Source: Armatimonadota bacterium
GTDB taxonomy: Bacteria > Armatimonadota > Fimbriimonadia > Fimbriimonadales > Fimbriimonadaceae
NCBI GenBank assembly: GCA_025363835.1
Contig: JANYLD010000302.1
Coordinates: 1 to 16,064 of the forward strand
Direction: 5' to 3'
DNA length: 16,064 nucleotides
Below, one piece after another: positions 13,782 through 16,064 of the stretch. A program made the translations under genes and the position numbers. Position 1 is the first letter of the stretch; each line of letters starts with the position of its first letter. The notes beneath the pieces were generated by a model. It was given only the letters and a program-made list of their open reading frames with translations, ran no database searches and had not been told where the DNA came from.

Positions 13782-14594
13782 ATGATCAAATCTGAAACGG
13801 CCAAGACGCCGCTCGTCGATATCCAAAGCTCGGAGGATAAGAGGAATATTCCGATCGACCGGGTGGGCGTGCGGCAAGTGAAATATCCGATGCATCTTCG
13901 GATCAAGGACAACGGGATGATGCAGACGGTAGGTCTTTTTACGCTCACCGTGGACCTGCCAAAGCACTTCAAGGGCACCCACATGAGCCGGTTCCTCGAG
14001 GTGCTGGGCGAGCACAACCACGATATGACGGCGGAGACGATTCCGCTCATCTTGCAGCGTTTGAGAGAGCGCTTGGACGCGGAGACATCCCATCTCGAAG
14101 TCAAGTTCACCTATTTCAGAGAAAAGGCCGCTCCTGTAACCGGCAAAAAAGGAATGATGGGTTACGAGTGTGGCTTTGTGGCCAGTGGCGGGGCAACCAC
14201 CGATTTCGAGATCCTCGTCACCGTGCCCGTTACAACGCTCTGCCCTTGCTCTAAAGAGATCTCGGATTACGGTGCGCACAACCAGCGGGGCTACGTCAGC
14301 GTGCGCGTTCGTCCGACCCCAGACAATGTTCTTTGGCTAGAATGCGTCATCGACATGATCGAAGCGTGCGGTTCGGCGCCCCTCTACCCGGTTCTGAAAC
14401 GGCCGGACGAGAAGTTTGTGACCGAGCAGGCCTACAACAATCCGCGCTTCGTGGAAGACATGGTCAGAGAGGTTGCCCTCGCTTTCGACAAGGACGATCG
14501 TATTCTCAGCTACGAGATCGAAGTGGAAAACCACGAATCCATTCACGACCACAACGCCTATGCTTATCTGAAACGGGATAAATCGAACCTCTGA
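13782..14594 (+). CDS. folE2: GTP cyclohydrolase FolE2 (GTP cyclohydrolase I type 2 / MptA family)
   Basis: Diagnostic FolE2 motifs: RVGVRQVKYPM, MMQTVGLFTLTVDLPKHFKGTHMSRF and the C-terminal CPCSKEIS region with a conserved Cys. 270 aa. Confidence 0.8.
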   Translation: MIKSETAKTPLVDIQSSEDKRNIPIDRVGVRQVKYPMHLRIKDNGMMQTVGLFTLTVDLPKHFKGTHMSRFLEVLGEHNHDMTAETIPLILQRLRERLDAETSHLEVKFTYFREKAAPVTGKKGMMGYECGFVASGGATTDFEILVTVPVTTLCPCSKEISDYGAHNQRGYVSVRVRPTPDNVLWLECVIDMIEACGSAPLYPVLKRPDEKFVTEQAYNNPRFVEDMVREVALAFDKDDRILSYEIEVENHESIHDHNAYAYLKRDKSNL

Positions 14595-15532
14595 TGCTCT
14601 TAGCGCTGATTGCTGTCCAGGCGATGCAGTCAGGGATACAAAACTTGACGCCTCGAGAGTTGGCTTTGCTCACCCAACATTACGCTTCGCAATGGTGGTG
14701 TGCAGAGGGTGTTAGCCGCCGAAAGGGCGAGCTGATGCAGCGGCCAGTGCCGGCGGAGGCGCCCTCGCCGGAAAGGGTGCTTTCAGTGAAGGGCAATTTT
14801 AATGAGGCCGATTTCCTAGGCGCAATCTTTCAACCGTTCTGGCTTCCTGGCGGGGAAAAGGTGGACCAGCACGCCATTTTTCGGCGCGAGATCTCGTTCC
14901 CGGGCGAGTTACGAGCTTGCTCCGTCATTCTGAGCGCAGATGATGAGTACAGGCTTTCTGTGAACGGGCAGCAGGTTATGGCCGGCAGCGATCTCGTCCG
15001 AAACAACCGAGAGATTCCCATAACGGACTTTCTTCACGGCCACCCATCGAATGCCCTGGAGGTCGACGTTCACAACCAAGGCGGCCCTGCATTCCTTCGA
15101 TGCCGGATTGAAGCCGAGGTTACTCTTCCTGTGCTTGACACGCAGAACACAGGGTGGGAATATCAAGTGGGCGACGTATGGGCCCCAGCACACGTGGTTA
15201 AATCGCCCGTATTCAGCGATACGGCTTGGCAAGCGATTTGGGCGGCTGATTCAAGCGATGGAGTTCAGTGTTACGAGTTCAGGCGCACGCTACCTATCGA
15301 TGGGATTCCTCTGAGCTCCCAAGTGCTGATCGGCGCCGACGATGCTTGGGAATTGTGGGTCAATGGAAAGTGGGCCGGCTATCAAGGGATGCGCTCCAGC
15401 CCTGCGCGCCGGCGATCCGTGGATATATCCACTCTGGTTCATTCAGGCTCGAACAGCGTGCAGGTGAAGGTATGGAATTACGGTGGCCCAGGAGCCCTGT
15501 TTTGCGTCCCAATGATCCGATACACGTTCTAG
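14594..15532 (+). CDS. Hypothetical protein with two tandem galactose-binding-like (GH2 N-terminal / rhamnosidase-N-like) beta-sandwich domains
   Basis: Two internal repeats carry the sugar-binding jelly-roll signature: SADDEYRLSVNGQQVMAG...IPITDFLHGHPSNALEVDVHNQGGPAFL and GADDAWELWVNGKWAGYQG...VDISTLVHSGSNSVQVKVWNYGGPGALF. No catalytic domain is present. The start ATG overlaps the folE2 stop as TGATG. The start is uncertain, since no obvious signal peptide is seen. Confidence 0.5.
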   Translation: MLLALIAVQAMQSGIQNLTPRELALLTQHYASQWWCAEGVSRRKGELMQRPVPAEAPSPERVLSVKGNFNEADFLGAIFQPFWLPGGEKVDQHAIFRREISFPGELRACSVILSADDEYRLSVNGQQVMAGSDLVRNNREIPITDFLHGHPSNALEVDVHNQGGPAFLRCRIEAEVTLPVLDTQNTGWEYQVGDVWAPAHVVKSPVFSDTAWQAIWAADSSDGVQCYEFRRTLPIDGIPLSSQVLIGADDAWELWVNGKWAGYQGMRSSPARRRSVDISTLVHSGSNSVQVKVWNYGGPGALFCVPMIRYTF

Positions 15533-15661
15533 CCTGGTCGCGAAGTAAAGGTGCCGACTGCGGATGGAAACTCCGGTTTGTCCCTTGAGTGCAGCATTTC
15601 TGGGATTTCAATCTGGGCCATCCGACTCAGTTGGCGCGGTCGAACCCACGATACTTATCGG

Positions 15662-16064
15662 ATGTACGGTCGTTTTGCGGAAATCTACGACGCCATTTAC
15701 GCCTTTAAGGACTACAAGTCCGAAGCCGCGACGATCCGGGACATCGTTCAAAAGCGTTGCCCAGCGGCCAAGACTCTGCTCGATGTTGGATGCGGCACTG
15801 GTGCGCATGTGGCACGTTTGTCAGGCGATTTCGAATGTGTTGGGCTTGACTACAGCGAGGAGCAGTTGGAAATGGCTCGGAGAAAAGCAACCAGCGCTCA
15901 ATTTGCGCAAGGGGACATGCGCACCTTCGATCTCGGTCGCACTTTTGATGCTGTCGTATGCCTATTTGGAACGGTTGGCTACAGCGCAAACCTGGAAGAG
16001 TTAGATCAGACCATCCAGCACCTGGCCAGGCATCTGGCCCCCGGCGGCGTGCTCCTCGTCGAGC
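15662..16064 (+). CDS. Class I SAM-dependent methyltransferase (5' partial, runs off the window end)
   Basis: My translation of frame 2 from ATG 15662 gives MYGRFAEIYDAIYAFKDYKSEAATIRDIVQKRCPAAKTLLDVGCGTGAHVARL...VGLDYSEEQLEMARRK...QGDMRTFDLGRTFDAVVCLFGTV...LAPGGVLLVE. Motif I (LDVGCGTG), an acidic residue after beta-2 (GLDYS), motif II (FDAVVC) and motif III (PGGVLLV) are all present. It does not appear in the supplied ORF track, which lists the spurious frame-3 ORF 15564..16004 instead. No recognisable SD precedes the ATG. Confidence 0.7.
   Translation, partial: MYGRFAEIYDAIYAFKDYKSEAATIRDIVQKRCPAAKTLLDVGCGTGAHVARLSGDFECVGLDYSEEQLEMARRKATSAQFAQGDMRTFDLGRTFDAVVCLFGTVGYSANLEELDQTIQHLARHLAPGGVLLVE

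Noticed and set aside
13771-13790. Imperfect inverted repeat TTGATAG-caaa-TGATCAA overlapping the folE2 start codon, considered as a Zur-like operator.
   Set aside because: Only a 6/7 match over 7-nt half-sites. It does not resemble the Zur box consensus I recall, and it overlaps the ATG, so it could be chance.
15564-16004. Track ORF 15564..16004 (146 aa).
   Set aside because: This is the wrong frame. Frame 2 over the same DNA, starting at ATG 15662, gives a clear SAM-methyltransferase with motifs I-III. The track omits it because it has no stop within the window.

Overview
High-GC (about 58-60%) bacterial chromosomal segment, mostly housekeeping genes, with one likely accessory insertion. 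In order along the window: (1) gyrB (+), with an N-terminal extension and a roughly 65-aa insertion in the Toprim domain. (2) An SPFH/band-7 gene (-). (3) A roughly 0.9-kb lower-GC cassette on the + strand, sitting between core genes. It holds two tandem paralogous 72-aa ORFs followed by an overlapping 165-aa minimal nucleotidyltransferase-fold protein. This is the best candidate for an undescribed toxin-antitoxin or defence-like module. (4) A tight minus-strand operon ribH / TauE-SafE (DUF81) transporter / ribE. (5) A 250-bp intergenic stretch packed with a 25-bp-stem hairpin and two inverted copies of a GC-rich palindromic element. (6) A minus-strand operon tmk / secreted LolA-like protein fused to a redox-dead thioredoxin-fold domain / second SPFH gene. 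(7) glcD-glcE-glcF (+). glcD carries a low-complexity insertion, glcE has a divergent N-terminus, and glcF contains an in-frame heptanucleotide repeat array with an inverted copy. (8) folE2, overlapping a protein built from two galactose-binding-like beta-sandwich domains, then a partial class I SAM methyltransferase running off the window end. No rRNA, tRNA, CRISPR array, integrase or transposase was recognised. Every product call comes from reading motifs in the supplied translations by eye. No database search was possible.
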